A DNA stretch of 64,000 bases from Gemmatimonadota bacterium (GTDB taxonomy: Bacteria; Gemmatimonadota; Gemmatimonadetes; Longimicrobiales; Gaopeijiaceae), in NCBI GenBank assembly GCA_039589315.1, contig JBDHHQ010000021.1, positions 1-64,000 on the forward strand, written 5' to 3'. Below the pieces are notes generated by a model. That model had not been told where the DNA came from and did not search any database. It worked only from the letters and a program-made list of their open reading frames with translations. The translations under genes and the position numbers were made by a program. This document shows positions 1-8,598 of the stretch, in pieces; the first letter of the stretch is position 1; every line of letters begins with the position of its first letter.

Positions 1-571
1 GGTACCCCAGCGTCAGCACCGACGCCGTCTGCTCGTGGACCAGGAGCAGGGCGGGGAAGCCGGTCACGCCCATGGCCCGGGCCCGTGCGAAGTCCTGCCA
101 GGTGGCCTCCCGAATCGCGTCCGACGCGAGCAGCGCGCCGAAACCGTCGCGCTCGACCCCCAGAGGCTCGACGAGCTCTGGATAGACGTCGGGAGACGTC
201 ACGTCTACACCCTCGGCGTAGAAGGCCCGCTGGAGCCGTGTGAACAGCGCCAGCTCGAGATCGGGTGCGGCCTGGCGCATGGCCACCACGGCCCGGGCCG
301 GCAGCTCGGTGTCGTAGACCCACTCCTTCCAGTCCAGCGGCGCGAAGTCGAAGGGGGGCTGAGAGGTCAGCTCGGAGATGCGCCCCCACGTTCCCCGCAG
401 ATAGCTTCGCATGCCATCGTCCATCCGTTGGGCAGCCCCGCCCGGACGGAGACCTCCCACGATCAACTCGACTGGGAGCTCGAAGCGAGCCCGGACGGTC
501 TCCAGCACCGGCGAGAAGCCCCAGCACCACGAGCACATGGCGTCGGCGACGTAGACGAGCCGGGTGCTCAC
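1..571 (-). CDS. DsbA/FrnE-like thioredoxin-fold protein (3' end beyond window)
   Basis: Not in ORF track; manual translation from GTG at 571 gives MSTRLVYVADAMCSWCWGFSP...YDTELPARA...LQRAFY...MGVTGFPALLL (CxxC and cis-Pro GFP motifs). Start overlaps the stop of the upstream gene (GTGA). Confidence 0.9.
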   Translation of the reverse strand, partial: MSTRLVYVADAMCSWCWGFSPVLETVRARFELPVELIVGGLRPGGAAQRMDDGMRSYLRGTWGRISELTSQPPFDFAPLDWKEWVYDTELPARAVVAMRQAAPDLELALFTRLQRAFYAEGVDVTSPDVYPELVEPLGVERDGFGALLASDAIREATWQDFARARAMGVTGFPALLLVHEQTASVLTLGY

Positions 572-2490
572 CGGCCCACCAGCTGGGCCCGGAGATCACC
601 CACGTCGTACTGCCCATTCCGATTGCCGTCGTTGTCGAGGATCTCCAGATCCTCGTCGGAGGGAGGGGCCGCGCCGTTGGCGAGGAACGTCGAGAGCAGG
701 TGGTCCACGGCCAGGCCGAGGCTGGCCACGACCAGGTTGAACGGCGATGGGGTCCGGAAACCGCGGGCGTCGCGGATGACCACCTCGCCTTCGAAGACGC
801 CGGTGCTCATGGGAACGCCGGAGACCACCAGCTCCTCCTCGATGAGAGCCACCGTCACGCCCAGCGGCAGATCGGGACGTGACGAGAGGATGTAGGGCAG
901 CGCTCCGCCGCCCACGGCAAGGCGGCCCTCGTAGGGTTCCCGCACCTGGGCGGGCGGGAGGGCGTCGGCGCCGATCACAGTGACGTCCTCTGCTGTGGAG
1001 AGACGAAGCCGGGCCACGGCTCCCTCGACTCGGATGTCGTGCAGGGTCACCGTCGAAGGGAGCCCCGACGCTCGCAGCGCCCGGGGCTGGGTGGCGTTGG
1101 AGAAGCTCGCCGGCTGTCCATCGGCGGCCCATGCGTCACCCGCCTCTCCCCGGTTCCCCCCTTGGGGATGGGTCCGCTGGAGGGTGCTGTTGGCGTCGGC
1201 CTCCACCACCGAGAACAGGTAGCTCTGGGCGCTGTCGGGGTTGGGCCAACGCCGCCCGTCCTCATCCCAGTGATAGATGAGCACGCCGGAGGCCGGCAGG
1301 TGTCGGTCGAACCCCGTCCGCGGGCGATACTCCACGACGAAGCTCTCCGTGCCGGCGGAGTCCAGCGGCAGCTTCAGTACGCGTCCGGAAGACTGCACCG
1401 GCTCCAGGACGAACTCCTCGTGGAGTACGCTGCCCACCTCGTGGACCTCGAGCCACCCAAGGCGCTCCTTGGACCACGGCGCCAGCCCGGTGGGGCCGAA
1501 GTTGCCGGTGATCTGATCCGAGGGACCACAGCCCCACGCCCCTGCGGCCATGAGGTCCCAGCACCCCAGCACCCACCGGCGCTCCGTCGGCTGCGACCCT
1601 TCGATGGGGTGGTAGAAGTCCGGCAGTCCCAGCACGTGACCGAGCTCGTGGGACGCGACCGGCATGGCACCGATCTGCTGACCCGAGCAGTCCACCACGG
1701 TCGACAGCACGTAGCCATTCACCTCGATAGGCGTGTCGTCGGGCCGCGTGTCGTCGGACGCATAGGGGGTGTCGCCGTTCCACGGCGCCAGGCCGCCGAA
1801 GTGAGGCCAGGGGCCCGTGCCGCCGCAGTGGGCGCCCACCTCGTGATACAAGAAGAAGACGGAGTCCACGATTCCGTCGTCGTCGCCGCTGTTTGGGATC
1901 CCGTCCGGTCCGTCGTTGTCGAATTGGCCCAGGTCGACGGACTGGTCCACCGTGGCAATGGCCTGGAGGAGGTACTCGCCAGTCCGGGGTGGCTCACCGC
2001 TCGCGAAGTCGCCGCCACGCACCTCCGCCAGGGTCAGGGCGGTCCTGTGCCACGGCGCCACCGTGCCCGAGATGTCGAGCGCGCCGCGAGAGGCCTCCTG
2101 GTAGAGCTCGCGGATCGTGCCCTGGGTGGTGGGGCCATCGAAGAGCGCCGTCTGCAAGTCCTCTGCGGAGAAGAAGGGCTCGGGTGAGTCGGCGAAGAGC
2201 GCCGGTACCACGAGGACCTGGAGGGTCCCCGACACCGGAAGAGCGGCAGCACCGGCCTCCGCCCGGACCGTCCAGCCCGATCTGTAGAGGAGTTGCCGTT
2301 CGTCGGAGGATCCCACAGGAGCTCCGCCCGCCTGCCCAACGAGGCCACGTCGCTGCAGCTCGGTGAGGGAAGGCACGTGTTGCCCCGCCACCTTGGCCGT
2401 CCCCGGGCCAAGGCAGACCGCCAAGGCAGCGGCCGCCCCAATCCCCGCGAGGAGAGCGCGCCGATGTCGGCCGAGCATGAGCGCGCTCAT
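568..2490 (-). CDS. Secreted M6-family (immune inhibitor A-like) zinc metalloprotease with C-terminal Ig-like region and Ca-binding dockerin-like tail
   Basis: Signal peptide; FDNDGPDGIPNSGDDDGIVD; HELGHVLGLPD zinc motif; WDLMAAG Met-turn; VEYR...GVLIYH; C-terminal LDNDGNRNGQYDVGDL. Confidence 0.9.
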   Translation of the reverse strand: MSALMLGRHRRALLAGIGAAAALAVCLGPGTAKVAGQHVPSLTELQRRGLVGQAGGAPVGSSDERQLLYRSGWTVRAEAGAAALPVSGTLQVLVVPALFADSPEPFFSAEDLQTALFDGPTTQGTIRELYQEASRGALDISGTVAPWHRTALTLAEVRGGDFASGEPPRTGEYLLQAIATVDQSVDLGQFDNDGPDGIPNSGDDDGIVDSVFFLYHEVGAHCGGTGPWPHFGGLAPWNGDTPYASDDTRPDDTPIEVNGYVLSTVVDCSGQQIGAMPVASHELGHVLGLPDFYHPIEGSQPTERRWVLGCWDLMAAGAWGCGPSDQITGNFGPTGLAPWSKERLGWLEVHEVGSVLHEEFVLEPVQSSGRVLKLPLDSAGTESFVVEYRPRTGFDRHLPASGVLIYHWDEDGRRWPNPDSAQSYLFSVVEADANSTLQRTHPQGGNRGEAGDAWAADGQPASFSNATQPRALRASGLPSTVTLHDIRVEGAVARLRLSTAEDVTVIGADALPPAQVREPYEGRLAVGGGALPYILSSRPDLPLGVTVALIEEELVVSGVPMSTGVFEGEVVIRDARGFRTPSPFNLVVASLGLAVDHLLSTFLANGAAPPSDEDLEILDNDGNRNGQYDVGDLRAQLVGR

Positions 2491-3041
2491 CGACCCAGCT
2501 CCGCCCCATACGCCGCCGGATCCCTCAGGCGGTTCTCCCCATCCGCCACCTGAAGCACCGTGGCCACGAGGGACGCGGACGGGTCCGCCACGCGGAAGTC
2601 GAACGCCAGGGGGCCGGGCTCCTCGCGGACGACGACGACACGAGTCGTGTCGCCCCGGCCGTGGAAGAAGACCTCACCCTCGGGGGTCGTGACCGAGGTG
2701 ACGGCCCCGCCCACCAGCTCCACCAGCGCGGCTCCGTCGTCGTCAGGCGGGATGAGGGCGACGCTTCGGGCCAGGGGGTCCTCGGGGGCCGTCGACTCAC
2801 AGGCGACGAGGGCGGTCACCAGCCCCACAGCCACGAGGCCGACACGGCGGCCGCGGCCCCTCGGAAATGCCTCGAAGAGGCCGGATCGGCGGCTGGGGCT
2901 GCGGCGACCATCGGGCGGCGGTCGCTCGTGGTCTCCCGCCGGCCAATCCGGGCGGTGTCGAAAAAGTGGCCGTCGCAGATGCAGAATCACCCTCCGCCCG
3001 CGTTCAGCGGCGTGGAGCCGGCACCGAATCAGGTCCCACAC
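2487..3041 (-). CDS. Putative lipoprotein with beta-rich (possibly cohesin-like) domain; true start uncertain
   Basis: Lipobox-like LVTALVA-C followed by about 100 aa of alternating beta-strand pattern; stop overlaps the M6 protease start (ATGA). Confidence 0.65.
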   Translation of the reverse strand: MWDLIRCRLHAAERGRRVILHLRRPLFRHRPDWPAGDHERPPPDGRRSPSRRSGLFEAFPRGRGRRVGLVAVGLVTALVACESTAPEDPLARSVALIPPDDDGAALVELVGGAVTSVTTPEGEVFFHGRGDTTRVVVVREEPGPLAFDFRVADPSASLVATVLQVADGENRLRDPAAYGAELGR

Positions 3042-3112
3042 ATGGCAGGGCGCGCCCCCCTCCCGTCAAGCCGACGACAGAGGCGACGCGCCCATACTCA
3101 TACGCCGATTTC

Positions 3113-3127
3113 GCACAGGTGTTGCCA
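3113..3127 (-). promoter_or_regulatory. Possible sigma54 (-24/-12) promoter for the lipoprotein-M6 protease-DsbA operon
   Basis: Minus strand TGGCAACACCTGTGC has GG and GC at canonical spacing; partial match to TGGCACG-N4-TTGC. Confidence 0.3.
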
Positions 3128-3134
3128 GCGCGGG

Positions 3135-3692
3135 TCAGCGCGCCCGCCGCAGGAGCAGCACCTCGGCGTGCCCGTCGCGCTCCCTATCTATGAGACGCGC
3201 CACCGGGATCGGCCCCACGCGCACCTCCACCTCGATGCCTCCGTAGCCCGAATCGAGCCAGCGGCCGGACAAGCGGCCAGGGAGCCCGAGCCAATCGGCG
3301 TGCTGGCGAATTCGCCGAGTGGTGCTCCGGCCGATCCAAGAGCGCAGAGGGGCGTGTCGGTCGTGATACCCAGGGGTGTAGCCCACATCCAGCCACACGC
3401 CTTCCCACCGAACGGACGCCCAGACGCCAACGGGGTAGGCGGGGGCCGGGTAGGCCCGAGCCGGAACCCGGTACGCTCGAGCCCGGCGGTATGGCGTGGC
3501 CCTCCATCCTCGACGGGCGCACCAGCGCCAGCCATGGACGGGGTGACCCTTCCCGCTGCGGCAAAAGGCCGGTCCCTTCTTCACGTGGCGTGCGGCGGGT
3601 ACATACACCGCTTGTGCCTCGACCGGAGCCGGTGCCACCGACCCGGCCAATGCGACCGTCAGTCCGAGGACGCCAATCGTTGCCTTCCGCAT
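3135..3692 (-). CDS. Secreted hypothetical protein, Arg/Trp-rich, with GPAFCRSGxGHPVHGxxWC motif
   Basis: GGAGG RBS before ATG 3692; signal peptide MRKATIGVLGLTVALAG...VEA-Q; C-terminal DRERDGHAE resembles a Ca-binding loop. Confidence 0.75.
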   Translation of the reverse strand: MRKATIGVLGLTVALAGSVAPAPVEAQAVYVPAARHVKKGPAFCRSGKGHPVHGWRWCARRGWRATPYRRARAYRVPARAYPAPAYPVGVWASVRWEGVWLDVGYTPGYHDRHAPLRSWIGRSTTRRIRQHADWLGLPGRLSGRWLDSGYGGIEVEVRVGPIPVARLIDRERDGHAEVLLLRRAR

Positions 3693-3736
3693 GGTCCACC
3701 TCCCTGTCTCCGCGAGCCCTCGGAGCACAGAGGGGG

Positions 3737-3751
3737 GCACGGCCCATGCCA
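3737..3751 (-). promoter_or_regulatory. Putative sigma54 (-24/-12) promoter
   Basis: Minus strand TGGCATGGGCCGTGC matches TGGCAYG-N4-(T)TGC with exact spacing, 45 nt upstream of ATG 3692. Confidence 0.5.
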
Positions 3752-4050
3752 ACGGCGAGCCTGACGCCGTAAGGCACAACGGGAGAACGAGATAGATCAG
3801 CTCTCGTCGGGCGTGACCTCGACGGGGGATGTGTCCTCCACAGAGGACATTTCCTGCGGGATGGGGCGCAGAGGATCCGCTGACTCCTTGCCCATACGGA
3901 CGGCCCCGCACAGCGAGACCGCACGGGGCCGCATGGGAGAACGCGGTCTCCTGACCGACGCCTGCCGGTCAGGACCAGGGCCGGACCGAACGTCGGTGTC
4001 GAATCTCTCGACCGCGACAGGCGCTCGATGTCGGGAGTGGCTCTCTCCGC

Positions 4051-5274
4051 CTAACCCTCGGGCCGCCTCGGCCAGAGAACTCCCTGGTCCATTGCCGTGA
4101 CCGGCCCCATGCCCTTGTAGACGAACTTCTGGACCCGTTTCCCCTCATAGGTCTCGGTCGTGTAGATGTTGCCCTCGGAGTCCGTGGCGATGCTGTGGAC
4201 GGCGAAGAACTGACCGGGCTGGCGTCCGCCGTCGCCGAAGGTCGTCAGGATCTCCATCGACTCCCGCTCGATGATGTAGACCTTCTCGTTCTTCCCGTCG
4301 GCCAGGTACATGAAGCGCTGCGTGGGGTCGCGGGAGAACGCGATATCCCAGGTGGAGCCGTCACCCAGCGTCTCCGGCGCGATGAACTTCTCCATCACGA
4401 AGGTACCGTCCTTGCGGAAGACCTGGATCCGGTCGTTGGGGCGGTCACAGACGTAGACCAGGCCGTCGTTGGAGGGCTCGGCGCAATGCACCGGCGTGCG
4501 GAACTGCTGGGCGGGAGGCGCGCTCGGGTCGTAGGACCCGATGTCCTCGTCGGAGGGGCGATTGCCATAGGCGCCCCAGAACCGCTTGAACTCCCCGGTG
4601 TTGGCGTCGATCACCGCGACCCGCCGGTTGCGGTAGCCGTCAGCGACGTACGCCTCGTCGCCGGTGGCGTCGAACGAGATCTTGGCCACGCGCCCGAAGC
4701 GCTCGGTGCTGTTGCTGTCGCGCTCCCGCTCGGGGATTACCTCGCCCCCCTCCCTCACGAGCGAGGGGTCTCCGATCTCCATCAGGAATCGCCCGTCCCG
4801 TGTGAACTTCAGGATGTGGGCGTCGCCTGACCCGTTCCCGCCGATCCAGACGTTGTCCTTCGGATCGACGGTGATGCCGTGGTTGGACTCGGGCCACGTG
4901 TACTCTTCGGCCGGGCCACCCCAGTAGCCCACCAGATTCCCCTCTGGATCGAACTCCAGGATGTTGGGGGCGGGATAACAACAGGAGCCGGTGGGTGGAT
5001 CGGTGGCAGCTCCGATCTCGGTCCGTTCGTTGAACGACTGTTGGCGGTGGATGATGAAGACATGGTCCCGTGAGTCCACGCCCACGCCCACCGCGTTTCC
5101 GATGAGCCAGTGATTGGGTAGGGGCTTGGGCCAGAACGGGTCGACTTCGAACATGGGTGCCTCGACGGTCGCTCCGTCGGCGGCTGCCTCCTCGAGTGCG
5201 ACGGACCCGAAGCCCAAGGCCACGATGGATCCGAGCAGGGTCATTCCCAGGATCAGATTGCGGGACTGCTTCAT
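4051..5274 (-). CDS. Secreted NHL-repeat beta-propeller, peptidyl-alpha-hydroxyglycine alpha-amidating lyase (PAL)-like
   Basis: Signal peptide; FEVDPFWPKPLP; NHGITVD, VADGY, VHCA, VCDRPNDRIQVF, VHSIATDSEGNIY. Confidence 0.85.
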   Translation of the reverse strand: MKQSRNLILGMTLLGSIVALGFGSVALEEAAADGATVEAPMFEVDPFWPKPLPNHWLIGNAVGVGVDSRDHVFIIHRQQSFNERTEIGAATDPPTGSCCYPAPNILEFDPEGNLVGYWGGPAEEYTWPESNHGITVDPKDNVWIGGNGSGDAHILKFTRDGRFLMEIGDPSLVREGGEVIPERERDSNSTERFGRVAKISFDATGDEAYVADGYRNRRVAVIDANTGEFKRFWGAYGNRPSDEDIGSYDPSAPPAQQFRTPVHCAEPSNDGLVYVCDRPNDRIQVFRKDGTFVMEKFIAPETLGDGSTWDIAFSRDPTQRFMYLADGKNEKVYIIERESMEILTTFGDGGRQPGQFFAVHSIATDSEGNIYTTETYEGKRVQKFVYKGMGPVTAMDQGVLWPRRPEG

Positions 5275-5588
5275 TCTCTCGCCGCCTGCGAATGCGGAGC
5301 CCCACGAGGCGCCGCGTGGTCGGGCGCGGGCGTCGGTTTGGCCCAGTCCTGTGGAACATCAATCCTATGCCGGGGCATGCCCACCCGTCCAGAGAGGAGG
5401 CTACGGCCAATTCGAGAGGGCGCGAAGCCGGATGCAGGGAGCGTGTGCTGGCCCGGAGTGCCACTCTGCCGTCCACATGCGCGCCTGGGTTCATGAAGAC
5501 TCGGGTCTTTCCCCGGCGGCCCGCGTACCTCACTGTGTGCCCCACGGAGTCCGACCCGCCCCATGCCCGACCTCAACGAACGCCAACC

Positions 5589-6761
5589 ATGAGCATCGTA
5601 GTGGAGCAAGAAGGGTCCGTGCCGCCATCAAGGCGGCCTATGGAGGTATCCCGTCGGTGGAGGTTCAACGCCGCGAAGGGCACGGGCGCGGCCCTGACAG
5701 CACGGGTGACAACGGCCCTCATGGTGCCCCTGCTGGCGGGGGGCTGGACCGTCGGCCTCCTCGCCCCGACCCATGCCGCTGCCCAGGATTCAGATCTGGT
5801 GATCCTACGCAGCGGCAACCCGGTTGTCGGCGAGGTGCAGTCTCTCAGGCGGGGCACCCTCTCCTTTGATACGCCCGAGATGGACGTCGTGGGAATCGAC
5901 TGGGAGGACATCGCGTTCGTCACGAGTCCGTTGTTCTTCGAGGTGGAGACGTCGGGCGGGGAGCGCTACTTCGGGAGCCTGGCCTCGGCCGACACCGCCG
6001 TCCTCATCGTCGTGGGGGACCAGCGGGCGGACACCCTCGACTTCAGGGAGGTCGTGGAGATCGGATCGATCGAGACGAGCTTCTTCGCCCGCACGAGCGG
6101 GTTCGTCGACCTGGGGGCCAATCTGGCGAAAGCCAACAGCCTGGCGTCGCTGCTGGTGGGGGGACGCTTCGCCTACAGGGGTCCCAAGTGGGGCTTCGAG
6201 GTAAACGGTGACACCTACGTCCAGACGCAGGAGTCGGTGGACACCGCGGGCAACACCTTCGAGCAGCGAACGAGCCGCGCCAGTGCGCAAACGACGCTGA
6301 ACCGTTTTCTCAGCGCCCGCTGGGTGGCGTCGGCGTCCGGCAAGTTCGAGACGAACGAAGAGTTGAGCCTCGATTCCCGGTTCCTGGGGGTCCTCGGGGG
6401 TCAATACATCATTGTCCGCAATCAGGGACTCGAGCTCACTGCCGGAGCGGGAGGCGCGCTGAACGACGAGCAGTTCACCGGCGAGGAGCGCCAGACTACG
6501 GGGGAGGTCCTGCTGACGGCCACGTTCGACGTCTTCGATATCGGTGACATCGACATCTTCACGAGTGTGGATACCTACACGAACCCGAGCGACGGCGGCC
6601 GTTTCCGGGCCAGCTTCGACGGTCGCGTGTCCTGGGAGATCTTCGAGGACTTCTTTCTGGGCTTCACGACCATCAACCGGTTCGACAGCAAGCCTCCCTC
6701 GGAGGACGCCAGCAAGAGCGACTTTCAGTACGGCGTGACCATCGGCTGGAGCTGGAGCTAG
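5589..6761 (+). CDS. DUF481-like outer-membrane beta-barrel protein (start 5589, 5640 or later)
   Basis: Signal-like segment ending AAA-Q; N-terminal DLVILRSGNPVVGEV domain; amphipathic beta-strands; terminal aromatic GVTIGWSWS. Confidence 0.75.
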   Translation: MSIVVEQEGSVPPSRRPMEVSRRWRFNAAKGTGAALTARVTTALMVPLLAGGWTVGLLAPTHAAAQDSDLVILRSGNPVVGEVQSLRRGTLSFDTPEMDVVGIDWEDIAFVTSPLFFEVETSGGERYFGSLASADTAVLIVVGDQRADTLDFREVVEIGSIETSFFARTSGFVDLGANLAKANSLASLLVGGRFAYRGPKWGFEVNGDTYVQTQESVDTAGNTFEQRTSRASAQTTLNRFLSARWVASASGKFETNEELSLDSRFLGVLGGQYIIVRNQGLELTAGAGGALNDEQFTGEERQTTGEVLLTATFDVFDIGDIDIFTSVDTYTNPSDGGRFRASFDGRVSWEIFEDFFLGFTTINRFDSKPPSEDASKSDFQYGVTIGWSWS

Positions 6762-8477
6762 GTGATGATGCGACTCCTCGATCGGAGGGTCCGATCACGC
6801 AGCTCGGCGGTCATCTTCGCGATTCTGTTCACCGTCCCGGGTGCCGGCGGCCTGAAGGGCCAGGATGCACAGGAGGCGCAGGCGACGCTGGAAGAGGCCA
6901 ACGCCCTCGTCGCGGAGCTTGCCGAGCTCGACGGTTCCCTGGCGCTGCTACGGGAGTTGGCCGACGCAGGGTTGCCAGAGGACCAGGCACGAGTGGCGAG
7001 GCGGACGGCGACCTACTCGGCACAGAGACGCGCCGTCGTCTGGGACCTGGCGGAGCTGGTTGGACGACTGCCTGGCGATTCACTCTCTCAGCAAACCGTG
7101 GCGTTCGCCGACAGCGTGCTGACAGCCGAGTTGGGGACCATCGAGGCGGAGGCCCTCGCGCGATCGGAGGAGGCGGCCCGGATTCGGTTGAGTCAGTCCG
7201 ATGCGAGCCCTGCCACGCAGCTCGAGCTGCAGATCCGCCTGAACAGGCTGGACGGCCAGATCGCGCAACGTATCTCCGACTACGTAGAAACGTTGGAGCG
7301 GATGGAGGCCCGGGGCATCGACCGTCCCACCATCGTGGATCGGCTGGATCGTTTCCTGCTGGGCCGCGCCGAGATGGCCATCGCAGAAATGGACCTGGCG
7401 GCGGAGGATGCGGAGACTCTGGAGCGCGCCATCGCCACTGCCGGGGATGCGTCCGAGGCCGAAATGCGACTCCGTCTCGAGGTGGCGAGGTCCCGATTCA
7501 CCGACGCCACGGCGGCTTTGAGGGCCCTCATCGAGGTCATGGATCGACGCGGCATGGATACCGGGGACTTGAACGAAGAGCTTCTGGTCCGGTCCCGGGA
7601 CTTCACTCCCGAGAGCGTGGACGTCCAGGTGCTGGGGCTACTGGCGCGGCGATTCTCGGCCCGGGTCACGGCCTGGATCTCGGACAGCGGTAGCACGGCC
7701 GTCATCCGCGGTCTTTCGATCGTTGCGATCCTCTTGGTCTTCCGACTACTCGCGGGACTGACGCGCAACCTCACACGGCGAGCGGTTGCGACCTCACGAC
7801 TGAACCTGTCGCGGCTGCTACAGGACACCTTCGTGTCCTGGGTCGGCCGAGTCGTGATGATCCTCGGAATCCTGATCGCCCTGAGCCAACTGGGACTCGA
7901 CCTGGGTCCGGTTCTGGCTGGCCTCGGCGTGGCCGGCTTCATCGTGGGCTTCGCCCTGCAGGACACGCTGTCCAACTTCGCGTCGGGGATGATGATTCTC
8001 ATCTACCGTCCGTTCGACGTGGACGACCTGGTCGAGGCCGGAGGAGAATTCGGGACGGTATCCGCGTTGAGCCTGGTATCCACCACGCTGCTCACCATAG
8101 ACAACCAGCGGCTGGTGGTGCCCAACAGCCAGATATGGGGCGGCGTGATCCGCAACGTCACCGCACAGCGGGTCAGGCGCGTGGATCTGGTCTTCGGGAT
8201 CGGGTACTCGGACGACATCCCCAAGGCCGAGGAGGTCCTGAAGCGCATCGTAGCACAACACCCCAAGGTGCTCGATGACCCCGAGCCCGTCGTGAAAGTC
8301 CACAACCTGGGAGACTCGTCCGTCGACTTCGTCGTACGCCCGTGGTGCAACACCGACGACTACTGGGACGTGCATTGGGACATCACGAAGAGCGTGAAGA
8401 TGACCTTCGACGCCGAGGGCATCTCGATCCCGTTCCCGCAGCGGGATGTGCACATCCACGAAGCCACGGCGGACTGA
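6762..8477 (+). CDS. mscS: Small-conductance mechanosensitive channel (MscS family) with long N-terminal helical extension
   Basis: LAGLGVAGFIVGFALQDTLSNFASG, RPFDVDD, VPNSQIW, RRVDLVFGIGY, GISIPFPQRDVH. Confidence 0.92.
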   Translation: MMMRLLDRRVRSRSSAVIFAILFTVPGAGGLKGQDAQEAQATLEEANALVAELAELDGSLALLRELADAGLPEDQARVARRTATYSAQRRAVVWDLAELVGRLPGDSLSQQTVAFADSVLTAELGTIEAEALARSEEAARIRLSQSDASPATQLELQIRLNRLDGQIAQRISDYVETLERMEARGIDRPTIVDRLDRFLLGRAEMAIAEMDLAAEDAETLERAIATAGDASEAEMRLRLEVARSRFTDATAALRALIEVMDRRGMDTGDLNEELLVRSRDFTPESVDVQVLGLLARRFSARVTAWISDSGSTAVIRGLSIVAILLVFRLLAGLTRNLTRRAVATSRLNLSRLLQDTFVSWVGRVVMILGILIALSQLGLDLGPVLAGLGVAGFIVGFALQDTLSNFASGMMILIYRPFDVDDLVEAGGEFGTVSALSLVSTTLLTIDNQRLVVPNSQIWGGVIRNVTAQRVRRVDLVFGIGYSDDIPKAEEVLKRIVAQHPKVLDDPEPVVKVHNLGDSSVDFVVRPWCNTDDYWDVHWDITKSVKMTFDAEGISIPFPQRDVHIHEATAD

Positions 8478-8598
8478 GGGTGCGACGCTGGTTCCGGTCG
8501 GGCCGGCGGACGAGGGGCAGGTCCGAATCGGGAAGGGCGGGTCCGGCTCGGTCTCCCATGAACGGCCCGCATCCACCATCGGTGCGACCGATGACCAC

